Below are positions 1 to 13,793 of a stretch of 64,000 bases of DNA, one piece after another. The first letter of the stretch is position 1; every line of letters begins with the position of its first letter. The notes under the pieces are model-generated. The model saw only the letters and a program-made list of their open reading frames with translations, had not been told where the DNA came from and did no database searches. Both the position numbers and the translations under genes were made by a program. The stretch comes from Octopus vulgaris (Eukaryota). The DNA is taken from NCBI GenBank assembly GCA_951406725.2, contig OX597836.1:5146001-5210000 (forward strand). The letters run 5' to 3'.

Positions 1-783
1 CGCTTTTCACTACCGAATCACTTCGTTTCTCGCATTTTAAAATGCTTCTGAAGAGATCCCACTTTCGCTATCTCCTCAATAATTGCATTCTTGTTTTTCT
101 GTATATGAAAAAAAGCTTTCTATAAAATTTCAATTCAGACACAATCAGATTTTTTTTCAAACTTTCAATATTCCACATCCATTATTCACACCCATAGAAA
201 AGAGATGGAATTAATAACGCTCTTAAAAAAAAAAAAAATATATATATATATAAAAAGCGAAATGTCCTTGTTAGTGAAATCATTTCTATTTTTCGAAACA
301 TTTAGCAAACGCTGACGCAGCATCTGCGTCCCTGCGTTTTGTTCGTTCTTTGATCTCGACACCATTTGTTATTGTACTTCACAACTATTAAAATTTATCA
401 ACTGGTATGAAAATTCTTCCCTTCTCTTCAAATTGGATTGTCTATTATGTTTCATTTTCCCATTTATTCTTACATTGTAGTTGCTGCTTAAACACCTATT
501 TCCATTCCATATTGTCGTGTAAAAATGACAGAACACCATCAAATAGAAACTAGGACGACTATAGACTATTACCAAAGAACTGCTAAAGCTTAGCTGCATC
601 ACCTGCATCAATGCTTAACAGGACGTCACATACTGACACACATCGACCACTACACGAAACACACGCGCCGTTTACTCTCTGTCACTTCCACCCATACTAC
701 ACTACTTGTTCTTACTTGCAGCGGTTGTCACACGGTCTGAGTTGAACAGGCTCCGACCAACGGGTTCAACACGTCTCTCACGA

Positions 784-1221
784 ATACTTTTCTACTCTCG
801 ACACGAGGCTCGCAATTTTGGAGGAGGGATCCAGTTGATTAGGATCGACCCCAGTACACAAGTGTAATTTAATTTATCGACCTCGAAAGGATGAAAGGCA
901 AAGTCGACCTCGGCGGAATTTGAACTCAGAACATAAAGACAGACGAAACACCACTAAGCACTTCACCCGGATAGCTAACCTTTCTGCCAGCTTGCCGCCT
1001 TAAAGAATCTTTTCTACTCTAGGCACAAGGCTCGAAATTTTGGAGGAGGTGCCAGTCGATTAGATCGACCCCATTATGCAACTGGTACTTAATTTATCGA
1101 TCCCGAAAGGATGAAAGGCAAAGTCGACCTCGGCGGAATTTGAACTCAGAACGTAAAGACTGACAAAACACCGCTAAGCATTTCGCCCGGCGTGCTAACC
1201 TTTCTGCCAGCCCTCCGCCTT
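784..1221 (-). mobile_element. Two head-to-tail copies of tRNA-headed SINE family A, tail type A1 (784-1001 and 1005-1221)
   Basis: Minus strand reads GGCGG..GCTGGCAGAAAGGTTAGC (A-box-like), GAGTTCAAATTCC (B-box), body GCCGAGGTCGACTTTGCCTTTCATCCTTTCG.GG/ATCGATAAATTAA, and tail ..AAATT.CGAGCC.(T/C)GTG...GAGTAGAAAAG. The same sequence recurs more than 10 times in the window. Confidence 0.9.
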
Positions 1222-1665
1222 AGGTCCCTCACAACTACTGACCACATATGGTGGTCGCCTCTAACGTTCGAACAGACAAAGTAATATTCCTGCCTGGGAC
1301 CCCAAAATTCCAGGTTGCATATATGACAAATGCCCCTAAGGGTGAAACGCTCATCAAATAGCGTGGTTCTCATTCATTGATGAGGTATAAAGTTCACTTG
1401 TGTTCCTTATTTACATACATACCACAAAAGTGGCACCTACTAATCGAAAGCAGCAGATCAAACAATGCTGCCTCCAGGCAGTTTTCTTTCATTCGTCTTT
1501 CCTTCTCGTATCTTGAAAATAGTCTTACCTCACATTCCGAACTAACCAGAACACCCACGTCTCTTTACCCAGGCCGACAGCTTCTGGAAATTCTTCCTCG
1601 GAACCAATTTCCTTTTTCCTACATCTGACGATTTGTAACTGAATCGTTAACAGCATCAAACTCAC

Positions 1666-1687
1666 CGATTTTAGGTGAAGGAGGGGT
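1666..1687 (-). CDS. Candidate 22-nt micro-exon (TPPSPKI-, phase 0 to 1)
   Basis: Minus strand tagctttttcag|ACCCCTCCTTCACCTAAAATCG|gtgagt: strong acceptor and donor in unique sequence. No homology evidence. Confidence 0.25.
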
Positions 1688-2544
1688 CTGAAAAAGCTAT
1701 GAACTCATTCCTTTCATCTTAGACGCATAAATAATATATAGGAATATAAGCAAAAATAAATACGAAATAGAAATTCGAGCGAATATATTTTAATCATTAA
1801 ATCCAAGCCACAACAATAATCAAAGCGGGAAATGTCTAAATGATTGATAGAATCCCGTTGCTGTAGAGCAATGAAAGATTTTCCCGATATTTAAACTTAA
1901 CGATTAAATACGATCAACAATACATCATAAACTTATTGAACATAGATATAAACTGCAATATCACGTGGCAACCCGAATAATCTATGCAACAACCAACTGG
2001 GTGTCTAAGGAATGTAGGTTGTGTGTGGGTGTTTTTTTGTTTTTTTTTTTACTGGGAATTTCTCGTATAGGAACTCAACAAACCAAACAAAAACTTATAA
2101 ACAAAGAATAAAATGAAATACAAGAAAATGTAATCCAATTGTTAATAGAATCAATAACCATAATGGAAAGAATATCGAAAAAGAAAAATTCTACAAAAAA
2201 GAAAAAAATTAAAATGATGCGTGCAAATTCAAGGAACGCTAAAAATAAATACATAAATTCGTAAAGAATATATTTTTTGGAGAATTGTCTATGGTACCTT
2301 AAAGAAATAGGAAATTTCAAAATCAGATCGCAAACAATATTACCAAGAACCCGATAAATATAAATAAGAAATTGAGGTAGTCAGGAGAGACATGCTTTAG
2401 CTTTCTTTTTTAGAGAGTTATGTTTAAGTTATGGATCACCGCGGGAGAATTGTAATGCGTGGAAAGAATGGTTATTTCGTGTAAAAGCAATGCAGAATAG
2501 CATAAGTTTGTACCAAATGTTAAGCACAAGAAAAGAACAGAGAT

Positions 2545-2729
2545 ATTCGTTTCTACTTCAGGTACAAGGCCCGAAATTTTGGTGGAGGGCGCCAGTCAAT
2601 TAGATCGATCCCAGGACGCAACTGCTACTTAATTTATCGACTCCGAAAGGATGAAAGGCAAAGTCGATGCCTGCGGAATTTGAACTCAGAAAATAAAGAC
2701 AGAGAATTACCGCTAAGCATTTCGCCCGC
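2545..2729 (-). mobile_element. SINE family A (A1 tail), 5'-truncated
   Basis: Matches the 1005-1221 copy from the tail to ..AAGCATTTCGCCCG. Confidence 0.85.
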
Positions 2730-2775
2730 TAAGTCTATGCTTACAGGTACCGACAAAACATTTGTGATAGATACC

Positions 2776-3199
2776 TTTTATATTTTACCCTTCACATGTT
2801 TCAATCATTTGACTGCGACCATGCTGGAGCATTGCGTTGAAGTGTTGTAATCGAACATATCGACCTTAGGACGTATTAGGTTTTGACGCCTAGTACTTAT
2901 TCTATTCGTCGCTTTTGCCGAACTGTTAATCTATATGGACGTAAACATACCCCCACCGGTTGTCAAGCAGTGGTGAGGATCAAACACAGGCACATACATA
3001 CGCACACGAACGTACCCCTCCCCCAACACACACATACACATACACATACACATATTCGACGAGCCTCTTTCAGTTTCTGTCTACCAAATCCACTCACAAG
3101 GTGTTGGCCAGCCCGAGGCTATAGAAGAAGACACTTGCCCAAGGTGTCACGCAGTGAGACTGAACCCGGAACTATCTGGTTGAGGAGCACACTTCTTAA
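2776..3199 (-). mobile_element. SINE family B (tRNA head, CORE-like block, internal microsatellite)
   Basis: Reverse complement of the near-full-length copy at 32332-32745: CCTTGGGCAAGTGTCTTCT, GTGAGTGGATTTGGTAGAC, tail GCTCCAGCATGG.CGCAGTCAAATGA.TGAAAC. Confidence 0.85.
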
Positions 3200-3563
3200 T
3201 GATCTATCGATTAATCCAGAATCGGCATCTCAATTCATCACTTCCGCTCAGCGGAATTTGAACTTAGAACGTACAGATTGACGAAATGCCGCTAAGCAAT
3301 TTCCGCCGACGTGCTAACGATTCAGGCAGCTGACCATCTTCGATTGCATAAATACATTGGATTCAGTTTTTAGGAAGAGATTTCGTGGACGGGCAAGTCG
3401 CTTACGTCGACCCCAGTGCCCGCCCCAAGGGTAATTATTTTAGCGACCGCGAAAAAATGAAACGCTAACTCTACCTCAACCGAATCAGAACTCAAAACGT
3501 AAAGATCTACAAAACGTCTCAAAGTATTTTACCCGCCGTGCTAACAATCCATCCAGTTCGCCG
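3200..3563 (-). mobile_element. Two degraded SINE A copies
   Basis: Residual GCGGAATTTGAACTTAGAACGTA..GACGAAATGCCGCTAAGCA..CGTGCTAACGATTC (about 3250-3340) and a more diverged copy at about 3360-3563. Confidence 0.65.
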
Positions 3564-3579
3564 TGTGGTATACCATGAA

Positions 3580-3810
3580 GGCGCCGAGCTGGCAGAAACG
3601 TTAGCCCGCCGGGCGAAATGCGTAGTCGTATTTCGTCTGCCATTACGTACTGAGTTCAAATTCTGCCGAGGTCGACTTTGCCTTTCATCCTTTCGGGGTC
3701 GATAAATTAAGTACCAGTTACGCATTGGAGTCGACGTAATCGACATAATCCGTTTTTCTGTCCTTGTCTGTTTCCTCTATGTTTAGCCCCTTGTGGGTAG
3801 TAAAGAAATA
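3580..3810 (+). mobile_element. Full-length SINE A with alternative tail (A2), flanked by a 13-bp TSD
   Basis: GGCGCCGAGCTGGCAGAAACGTTAGC..GAGTTCAAATTC..TTTAGCCCCTTGTGGGTAGTAAAGAAATA. Direct repeat GGTATACCATGAA at 3567-3579 and 3811-3823. Confidence 0.92.
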
Positions 3811-3869
3811 GGTATACCATGAATATGTTGAAAACAAATTGAAATTTATTTTGGAAGGAACTGTAACAA

Positions 3870-4130
3870 AATAATCGATCCCATTTAGACAGGAAATATT
3901 CGAGCGGTTCGCTGTCCCAACTCCATTTGTCTTGTTCTAGGCCAACAGATCTAGCCAATATGCTCAACGGGAAGGTTTTCGGATACAAGTCCTACGTGAC
4001 AGAAATCAATAATGTCTTTTACATGGATGGTTTCCAATTATTTGCTGCAGATGACATTCAACTAGATTCTCTGTAGCATAAACGTATGGATTCCGTTAAG
4101 AACTTGGCATCAGGATGTTTTACTAATAAA
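3870..4130 (+). pseudogene. Decayed reverse-transcriptase fragment, R4/Dong-like non-LTR retrotransposon
   Basis: Frame from 3951 reads LANMLNGKVFGYKSYVTEINNVFYMDGFQLFAADDIQLDSL*. This fits the R4-clade pattern L..GYGY...INHL.YMDDLKLFA...QL..L (YMDD is YMDG here). A frameshifted GSLS remnant (QGDSLSP motif) lies upstream. Confidence 0.7.
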
Positions 4131-4412
4131 TAAATAACATCTTGGAAATGAAGAAATCTTCGCAAAATCCTTGTCCGTGTCATGTCGCTTCAAACAAGTA
4201 CAAGTGTAAGAAGGGTAGAACATACACACATTCACATAAGGTTACATACATACCTATAGAAAGAGGGAGTCACACACACACTCTCATATATGTATATAGA
4301 TTAATGCATTTATATTTTACACAGATATGTATATATACGCACACATATATATATAATTACATATATATATACATATATATATATATGTGTCTGTACTGGT
4401 ATATATATATTG

Positions 4413-4462
<50 letters not shown>

Positions 4463-4474
4463 TAGTATAAAACC

Positions 4475-4505
<31 letters not shown>

Positions 4506-5255
4506 TATATGTATGTATAGAGAGAGAGGATGGAGATGAAGATATATATATAAAAGATAGTTCTCATGAGCTGCTACTGGGGTGGTTAGTTTTCTGTATA
4601 TATATATATATATATATATATGCGCGCGCGTGTGTGTGTGTGTGTATTTACATTCTTTTGTACACATGTCTTTGAAAAGATTTTCTCTGAACTCCACACA
4701 ATCAAGCATTTTCTATTTTAACGCAGGACATATATCACACGCACACACACATACACAAACAAAGACATACACACACACACAGACATACACACATACACAC
4801 ATTCATACACATATGCACAAACACACATATACACACAAGAGGATGAGAAAGAAATGGAAGGATAAAACCATGGAGGGAAAATAGCAGCCTGAGATTAATA
4901 CTTAAATAAATGTTATATTGTACAATTCCGTTGTTACAACGCATGGATTACGTCGCGGTTCAAGTAATAGATTATGGCTGTGATAATATTCTCATGCGGA
5001 GCATTAATGAAAGAGAAACAGCCGATAAAAACACGAGAAAAAAAACACGAATGAATATATAATACTGATCAAAATCCGACACCTACAGCAAGAGTTCAAT
5101 ATTTATGATTTGGATGTAAGAAATATCTTCGAAATATCTTCGAACCATTGATTACTACGTTGGTTTCTTTGTACACACAGGCGAATCTTTTCTAGGGTAC
5201 TGATCTTCAGCTAATAACCTTGTCTGCTTAACGACATAAGCACATGGGTGGCTAT

Positions 5256-5425
5256 AGGTGCAGACGTGGCTGCGTGGTAAGGAGGTTTGCTTCGCAAGCA
5301 CAGGATTCCGGGTTCAGTCACACCTCGTTGGCACCTTTGGAATATGTCTTCCACTATAGACTCGAACCGACCAAAGACGTGTAAGTGGATTTGGTAGATG
5401 GAAACTGAAAGAAGCCCCTCGTCTG
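5256..5425 (+). mobile_element. SINE B 5' half followed by its (TA)n tract
   Basis: GGTGCAGACGTGGCTGCGTGGTAAG..CCGGGTTCAGTC..GTGGATTTGGTAGATGGAAACTGAAAGAAGCCC. Confidence 0.85.
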
Positions 5426-5429
5426 TGCG

Positions 5430-5474
<45 letters not shown>

Positions 5475-5509
5475 TTCTCTTTTTCTCTATCTATATATCT
5501 ATCTATATA

Positions 5510-5563
<54 letters not shown>

Positions 5564-6236
5564 TACCTACCTATATGTATCTGTGTCTGTGTCTCTGTAC
5601 GTAGTCTTGTATTTATCCAAGTGATGGCTCCTTTGGGTGTTTGGACAAAAAGCAGATGTCAGTTCGTTACAATGTTCCGCTCTACTGGTCTTTAAAATGT
5701 CTATAGATTATGAAAGACTGTTTTCTCTCCTCAAAATATCTCCAGTGAAACGTTTATCCTCTCCGCTATACTCCTACAACGCCCCACAAATTATGTCGTG
5801 TTTCTGTCCCTACAAACTCCTCCCGTGCACCTTTTTTCTGCAGTGTACGTTCCTAGTTTTGCAGCTAATATTGGGATTAAACGTATATACCATACACTTC
5901 TCGTTAGTTCGCGTGGTATTTTTTCGAAGATGTAGCTCCAATATAATTCTGATGTAATGCGGCTTCCTGGTATCCCTACTATCTTTTATAATATGGTTGT
6001 GGGAGTAACGTACATCGGACCTATTCATTCGTTAGCATCCAATTTACTAGTGTAGAATATTGACAGGAATATTAATAGTTCAACAAATTTGTTAATAAAT
6101 ATATAACTCTCACATCTTCACATTACAAAATTTCGAATAATTTTTACAAGATGAGAAGAGTTACACAACACCATCTTTTTCAATGGCAATATACGTTGCA
6201 TAATATGCGTTAAATATACTCAGAAAATTGTATACA

Positions 6237-6295
<59 letters not shown>

Positions 6296-7267
6296 GCCCA
6301 CACACACAAATTTGAGCTGCGGGGCGTAATCGAGGAACTCAACCTGCTATGAATGAAAAGACATCAAAACCCAGCAACTGATTTCACATTATTTCAGTGA
6401 TTGATTACAAAATGTTTTGCTCGCCTAAGGCAAGGATGATCTCAATGTAAAAGTATAAAAAGAGAAACCGAGCAAAGCTAAATGTGTTTAGAAAGATGGT
6501 TCTATCAAAGAACTGTTGTTAGAGTTTTGAGTGTTGTAAAACTTCAAAAACCTTCAGGAAAACAATATCGAACGTTAAACGTATAAAGACGTTGAACGCT
6601 AAGCAGTAACTACCGAATGCATGAATAAACCTTTTGATTATAAGCACGAGGCTTGTAATTTTAGGACCAGCGGTCAGGTTTATTATATGGACCCTAGTGC
6701 TCAACTTAAACTCATTTTATTGACGCCAAGAGATTGAAAGGAACATACACACATTCACACACAAAATCATACATACACATACGAAAACAAGGACGGAAAA
6801 AAATTAGAAATGTTACACAAATACAAAAGAAATAACAGGACATAACAGCAGGTGTCTTTCGACTAAGGACAAATAAAATTAAGCTGGCGTGTGTGGACGT
6901 GAAGTCGTTACGGCAGATGATGCACGGATGGTAGTCGAACCAAGAAAGAAAGGTGAGGCTTGGCCGAACACCGGTCACGTGGAGAGAGAGAAGAGAGGCA
7001 GAGGCAGAGGGACAGAAGAATTAGGGAAAGACGAGAAAAAAGAAAAGGGGCAGGGTGAAGTGAAAGAGGATGGAAGGTTAGAATGAAGAGAAAGCCAGTA
7101 AATGTGAGAGAAGGGGAACGAAAGAAAGAAGTATGGAAGGAACGAAGTGTGAAGGGGCTGATAGAAAGAAAGTAGGAGTGAAAGAATAAGAGAGTCGTGT
7201 ACAAAATGTGTATATATATATATATATGGACTTACATGTAAGAGACCAAAATGGGACAGGAACGCAA

Positions 7268-7313
<46 letters not shown>

Positions 7314-7341
7314 AACGTATATATGTTTGTATACATTAATG

Positions 7342-7414
<73 letters not shown>

Positions 7415-8384
7415 TCAGTTGTCAGATGCTGCTTGTTAGAGGACCGAGATCTTCATATTAGTCAGCGAAATTTCGTAGAATTACTTCGTTTTATGTGATA
7501 AGCCATTTGTTATGACTCTTTCTGACACTTTGTAAATAAGATTTCTCTGTTGCTAAAATACGGTGTACATCAACATTCGCAGAGCAACCAGGCTTAAGGG
7601 GGAAATAATATAGAGCTTAATTCAATCGACTACAATTTTTTGAAGGCGTTGCCCCAGCTTGGCCGCAATAAAAGATGATATATGGAAAAAGTCATCTCAT
7701 TCATTTTTGCATCCGGTTTGCCAAGATTTGTTATGTGAATTCGTATGTTGAATCAAATTTTGTTGTGTTTGGGGAGAGTCATATGGTCTTAATGTTTTAT
7801 TATCTAACACATTCTCTGGTTCAATTTCAACTCATTTATTATTAATATTTTTTTCTATTCCAAAATTTTCGTTTCTTTTGGAACCTTATCAATGGATGTT
7901 GAGTCTGTCAGTGATGGCAGCTGAAATTCTTTTGTCTCTTTCTATTGGGAATATTTAATTCCATGCAATTCCTAACGCCACTAAGTTTTATACATATACG
8001 TATTTATATGGTCGAAAGTGAAATATTCACACATGAAGAAGGGTTCACGGAGAGGATCAAGACACACACAAAATGTCTAGCTTGGGGTCGATGGTAACAT
8101 ATATAATAAATATATACCAAAACAGCGAAAAGGGTATTCAAAATTATGTAAAAAAGCAATGCAAACATTAGCAGTTATGAGCAGCTATACTCTCGTAAAT
8201 ACAATATCCAGAAAGCGTGTAACGAAATGTTCCGCTCACAATCGTATGATCCTGTGTTTGTCTTATGTGGACGTCCCCAGACGATGTAGTCGACTATCCC
8301 AATACGTAGATATAGAGGGAGAAGTCTAGACGTCGAAGAGAACCGTTGAGTAGCGAAGAGAGTAGTAGAAGTGAAGAGTTGAGT

Positions 8385-8680
8385 AGTAGAGGCATCCGAA
8401 CGTGCGTCATAACAGTTTGATAAAGGTGGCGAGTTGTGTTCTTGGGCAAGACACTTTATTTCACGTCGCTTCAGTCCAATCAGCTGCTGAAAATGGGGTG
8501 TACCTGTATCTCAAGATGGCCAGATTTGCGATATTCTGTGTCACGCAGAATCTCTCTGAGAACCACTTTAAGATCATGCGTCTCTGCCGTGTTCGGTTAC
8601 CTCACGTTAATTTCATGAGCAAGCTGTCACATGGATCGGATCGATCGGAAGCTTCATCTTCGTAACTAACAGAATGCCAA
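8385..8680 (+). mobile_element. SINE family D, diverged
   Basis: GTTCTTGGGCAAGACACTTTATTTCACGT.GCT.CAGTCCA.TCAGCTG..CACGTTAATTTCA.GAGCA..CGTAAC.AAC.GAATGCCA, homologous to 54181-54510 and 54515-54782. Confidence 0.75.
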
Positions 8681-10574
8681 TTTCTTTTTTAATACAGCAC
8701 CGCTGTCTTAATTCAACCACACCATACGAATTCATAAAGGATATTTATTTAATCCATCTCTATATGTAGCAAAAGAGGGAATTTCTATCGCCTCATTCTG
8801 CCATCTCAGTTTTTCAACTAACAAGTACATCTTGGGGGCGGGGGCTTCCTGCTGCTTGACACTTTAGGCAAGTGTCATCATCTTTGACCCAGTAAGATAT
8901 CGAGAACGGGACAGCTACAGAGATAGAAAATGCTATTGGCTTGTGGTCCCTTTTAGCTGGGTTGACTGGATTAACACGAAATAAAGTTTGCACAAACCTG
9001 TTCAGGAATTGAACTTTCGATCGTATGAATGTGAGTCTAGCTCCCTAACCACAAGACCACAAGACAACGTGCCTTCACTTTGTATTATCATCGTGTGAAA
9101 TATACTTTGCCAGTTTACCGTGATAATACTATAGAGATCTCTGCTATCTAAGTATTTCACAAGCCAGTTCCAAAACGTGAGAATCGTTATAAAACGGTTG
9201 GCAGTATAACAGTGTTAATCACTTATATTGTTCGCCGCACCATTCAAGTGAATTGACGAATTTTATCGCACGTTGTGTTCATGCATCGTTCTCAATCCTA
9301 AAGCACACACACACACACACACATATTCCGACGTACGCACAAATCATTCATACATATGCATACTCAAACGCAACCTGCGCATTTAAACACAAACACAGAC
9401 ACAAACACAAACACACACACACAACCTTATGCTCAGAACATTAGGTTCATTTCGCTTCATTCGTTATCAGTTATTGGATTTCATGATCATAAACCCGAGT
9501 CTGTATTTCACTCCGCCGCCTCCTACTCCCCTCTGCAGAATATATCTCAAAAGGTGTTGTTTGTTGTTGACTAAATCAATAACCTCACCTCTTTCTCTTT
9601 TTTTCTTTTTTACTCTTCTTCTATCTATCCAACATCTGGGTCAGTGCTTTTGAGTGCGAACGGATAATGAGGATACCTTCCATGCTTTCTATGTTGTTGA
9701 TTCGCGGAATAATCTCTCACTATTGGAGCAAACCTATGCGGTTCTCTTTTGTTATATTTTAGAAAATTCCAATGCATCATTTGTTGCTGTGCGCAATATT
9801 ATCACTCATTCTTTAACCATTAGTCCTATCTTTATCGGTTATCATTGACAGCGTAAAGCATTCCTCTCTCTTTTCTCGAGTGTCACTACAAGGATTAACC
9901 TCAATTTGTCTTTAAACTTTAACCTAGATCTTGAGAGCTATGACTGGAGTAGCAAAGTAATGCCCAAACCATAAGAGTGGAAAATAATATCAATGGCTTT
10001 TAATTTAGACGCCACTAATTTACCTGGTATTGCAGTATTACAGGGAACGGTGGAAGTTCAACTGTCCAATCAATAAAATTGTTAACAGAGTTTTAGTATA
10101 ATAGATTTGGGTGGAGGGTCAACTGAATCAAGAGAATCCAACAATTGCATGCAAAATATGTTAACAATATCAGAAGAAAAGTGAAGTGGGCGCCTGTGGA
10201 TTTTTAACGTACAGTGTAAAAGACCAGATGAAAACTGCTAAGCGTTTCACCCAACCTTGCGAAACTTGCGTCCGATTTTAGATAACATAGAATGGATTTT
10301 AGAAAAAAAACCCATCAAAATATGATTATATAAGAATGGAAAAACAGATGTGAAGTATACTAAAATAGATTGTCTAATTCTTGGATAAGTAGATACGTTA
10401 AAGTTCAATTAGAATCAGACCGAACCTAATTCGTTCCTGGAACTACATTGGCAACATTGCCTCCCTCTTGTCCATGTCAGGTATTTCTCTTGTTATTTGG
10501 ATGTAACAAAAGTAGGAATTTCTATCGCCTCATCCCGCCATATCAGATTTGCAATTAACAAGGACATCCTTCCT

Positions 10575-10940
10575 GTGCTTGACACTTTAGAGAAGTGTCT
10601 TTTATTTTAGCATAGAGCCGAATAAAGCACTGTGGCTCGATTTCTTAAAGGGAAACTGAACGTTGCCTATAGTATATATATAATGTATATGTGTGTGCAC
10701 GTATGATTCTGTGTTGGTGTGTCTCTATATTTGTGTATTTGTGCATGTGCTTGTGATGCTGCACCACATAACAACCTGTGTTGTTTTGTTTAAGCCTCTG
10801 TAATTAGCAGCAAAAAGAGACCGATAGGATAAGTAACAGGCTTTAATAAATGTTATTATACTGCTGTCGATTTGTTCGACTAAACTCTTCAGAGCGGAGC
10901 TGCAGCATGCTCGCAGTCCCATGACTGAAAAAATATAATA
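10575..10940 (+). mobile_element. Old, diverged SINE B lacking the tRNA head
   Basis: AAGTGTCTT..GGAAACTGAA..AAAAGAGACCGATAGGATAAGTA..GTCGATTTGTTCGACTAA..GCAGCATG..ATGACTGAAA. Confidence 0.75.
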
Positions 10941-10996
10941 AACATTTGTGTATTTGTATGTGTGTGTGTGCGTGTGTGTGTGTGTAGAAGAACTGA

Positions 10997-11266
10997 TGTT
11001 CAAAATGTACAGAGAATATACTAGTAAAAACTAAACTCAAATTTAGAACGCGATAGACAATATCTCGTCAACAAATGCGAGATGTCAGGACTAGAAAAAT
11101 TCCACTTAGTGAACATCTGGACACATACAGGAAAACCGAATCTGCCAAATTTCTTCTTTTCCCACTTTCTAAATGATCGGATAATACCACAGATCAAACA
11201 AGAGTAAATAAGGACAATTGGTTTATCCAAACATGCAAATTATGGTTGAACAGGTTAGAAAAGTAA
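10997..11266 (+). pseudogene. Penelope-like element GIY-YIG endonuclease C-terminal remnant
   Basis: One frame with two internal stops: CSKCTENILVKTKLKFRTR*TISRQQMRDVRTRKIPLSEHLDTY..FLLFPLSK*..RVNKDNWFIQTCKLWLN. This fits the PLE pattern CxxC..YIG.T...R.R...H.......S.H....R...E...I....LN. Confidence 0.75.
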
Positions 11267-11978
11267 ATTATTGTAAAAATATAATAAATTATTGTAAATA
11301 TATAGTACTAAGTACATATGCACTCGTTCTTAAGGAAACCAGAACTCATAAGGCAGTTATCATCTATGTTATCTGCTCCACATCTCGTTACCTTACTTAC
11401 TCTGCACTATATTAATTAGAGATGGGATATGTTTAAACATGTTTTATGAGATTCAACAAAAAATAATTGATAACAACACTTCTAGGCAGAATAATAAAAA
11501 ATAACTATCGATAACACTTTTAGACAAAAAAGCTATATTTTTAAAAATTAAATTAAAAATTTAATTTCAGCATTAATTACTCCTGACATAAAACGAAAAA
11601 AGAAAATCAAGCAAAAATAAATATCGCGTTTATATCTCTTTTCTAATTTTCATATGGCTTATTCAGCAGAGAAAACCATTTTAAGTGACCTCCTAGTGCG
11701 ACTGCTACACGAATTTAACGCATAAATGTTCACCAACCAATTTGTACATTAACACATAGCGTTCTGAATCACATTCCTTCTTTAGTATCAAACAGCCTTT
11801 ATAGCAATGGCCAATTAAGTCATAAATCCCGATGCAGTTCCATATCCTCTACGCTTTTGAAAATCTAATGTGAAAACGATCGAATGTATTCCCATATTTT
11901 AAAAACCAATTACAGTTTACTTAACTCCTATATATTCTGCGTGCATTTTAAACTAATAGACATACCCAGTCCAAATAG

Positions 11979-12069
<91 letters not shown>

Positions 12070-12070
<1 letters not shown>

Positions 12071-12283
12071 ATACTCATTTACTCATTTACTTGTTTCAGT
12101 CATTTGACTGCAGCCATGGTAGAGCACTGCCTTTAGTCGAGCAAATCGACCCCAGGACTAATTATTTGTAAGCTTAGTACTTATTTATCGGTCTCTTTTG
12201 CCGAACCGCTAAGTTACTTGTACGTAAACACACCACCATCGGTTGTCAAACGATGTTGGGAGGGGACAAACACAGACACACAA

Positions 12284-12318
<35 letters not shown>

Positions 12319-12470
12319 CATATATATACGACGGGCTTCTTTCAGTTTCCGTCTACCAATTCCACTCACAAGGCTTTGGTTGGCTCGAGGCTATAGTAGA
12401 AGACATTTTCCCAAAGTACCACTCAGTGGGAATGAACACGGAACCATGTGGCTGGTAAGCAAGCTACTTT
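12070..12470 (-). mobile_element. SINE B, near full length
   Basis: Colinear reverse complement of 32332-32745, including the internal (TA)/(TG) tract. Confidence 0.9.
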
Positions 12471-12759
12471 TATGATATATCATAAAAATATTTATATCTT
12501 TATGATATATATATTCATGTTATATTGTAATAGAAATACATTTTTGGATTGTCAATTGTATCTCCATTAAATTTATTGTTTATATATTTATGTTACACAT
12601 CACCTTTATTTTTTATTCATTTTGAAAAAAGTTGCACTGGCGTATTTTCTCTTCATTCACTCAGTTTTAATACTAAAAGTAAATATACAAAGATCTGAAA
12701 TGCAAACAAAAATTCCATGAGCGTTAAATCCCAAAGAAAACCTGTCATCATTTTTCACG

Positions 12760-13440
12760 TTCGTCATCGAAGCATATAATATTTTCCACATTTGTTCCTC
12801 GTCCATATTTTCTGTTTCTGGTATTTCTTCACATTTTTTTCCTTGGGGGAGGTAAAAATAACCATGCATGGTAATATTTTGCTAGACGTCACGTGTCATT
12901 GTGTTGTGCTACATAACCATGCTAGTTCAATTTCCGCCTGTTAACAAAACGTTTGAATAGATCTGTATTTGGCAGACTTCTCAATATTTTCTTTCTTTAC
13001 ACTCAGGTTCCTTCAATGTTCTTTATACGAAAACGAAACAAATTTCCTTTGCATTTCATTTCAGAATCCCCCAACCGTTTCTCTCGTTCAGTAACCGCCG
13101 TCCATGACTCTCATTCATAATATCCATGCGATATTCCTGAAGCTTTTAATAAAAACTATTGTTGTTATGGTAATTCGTTTTATTTTTCTAAAGAAAAATG
13201 TAATGTTGCTAAACATTTCTCTCGTGTTGCGATCCAACATTTTTATTTCTTTCTGCAGACATCATCAGTTATTGCACTTCACAATTATTAAAATTCATCA
13301 ACTTGTTTAAGCAGCTTTTGTACAATTCCAAATGGATTAAAAAATTATTATTTTGTCTTTTCCATTTTCTCAGCACATACTTTCATTTTATATCGCCTTG
13401 CAGAAATATCTAAACACAATCAATTATAGCCTCGGGATAT
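12760..13440 (-). pseudogene. RTE-clade LINE, decayed C-terminal ORF region
   Basis: Minus-strand fragments in order: RRYKMKVCAEK, LKQVDEF**L*SAITDD, KEIK, YE*ESWTAVTEREKRLGDSEMKC, FVNRRKLN*HGYV, ITMHGY. These match RTE motifs LEQVDxFKYLGSxI, YGCESWT..EMxCxR and RRKLxWFGHV. Confidence 0.7.
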
Positions 13441-13714
13441 TAACATGCAAATTCCTACAGCAGCATCGTTTGGTATGAAGTCGCTCATAAACCAACATAA
13501 CCTCTGGTCTATAGATTCACTCTCTCTTCTCTCTCACATTACTCCCTCTCTCCCGCTCGCTCTCCCGCTCTCTCTCCCTCTCCCTCTCTTTCTCTCTATG
13601 CATGCATATATATATATAGATAGATAGATAGATAGATATAGATATATAAAACTACAAAATGATAAAACAGGTCAGTTCATCTCAAATTCTTTGTAAACTC
13701 CTAAGTATATCTCC

Positions 13715-13793
<79 letters not shown>

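Noticed and set aside
5810-6030. Penelope linker-like peptide (VYTFNPN) on the minus strand
   Set aside because: A single short motif, insufficient to call.
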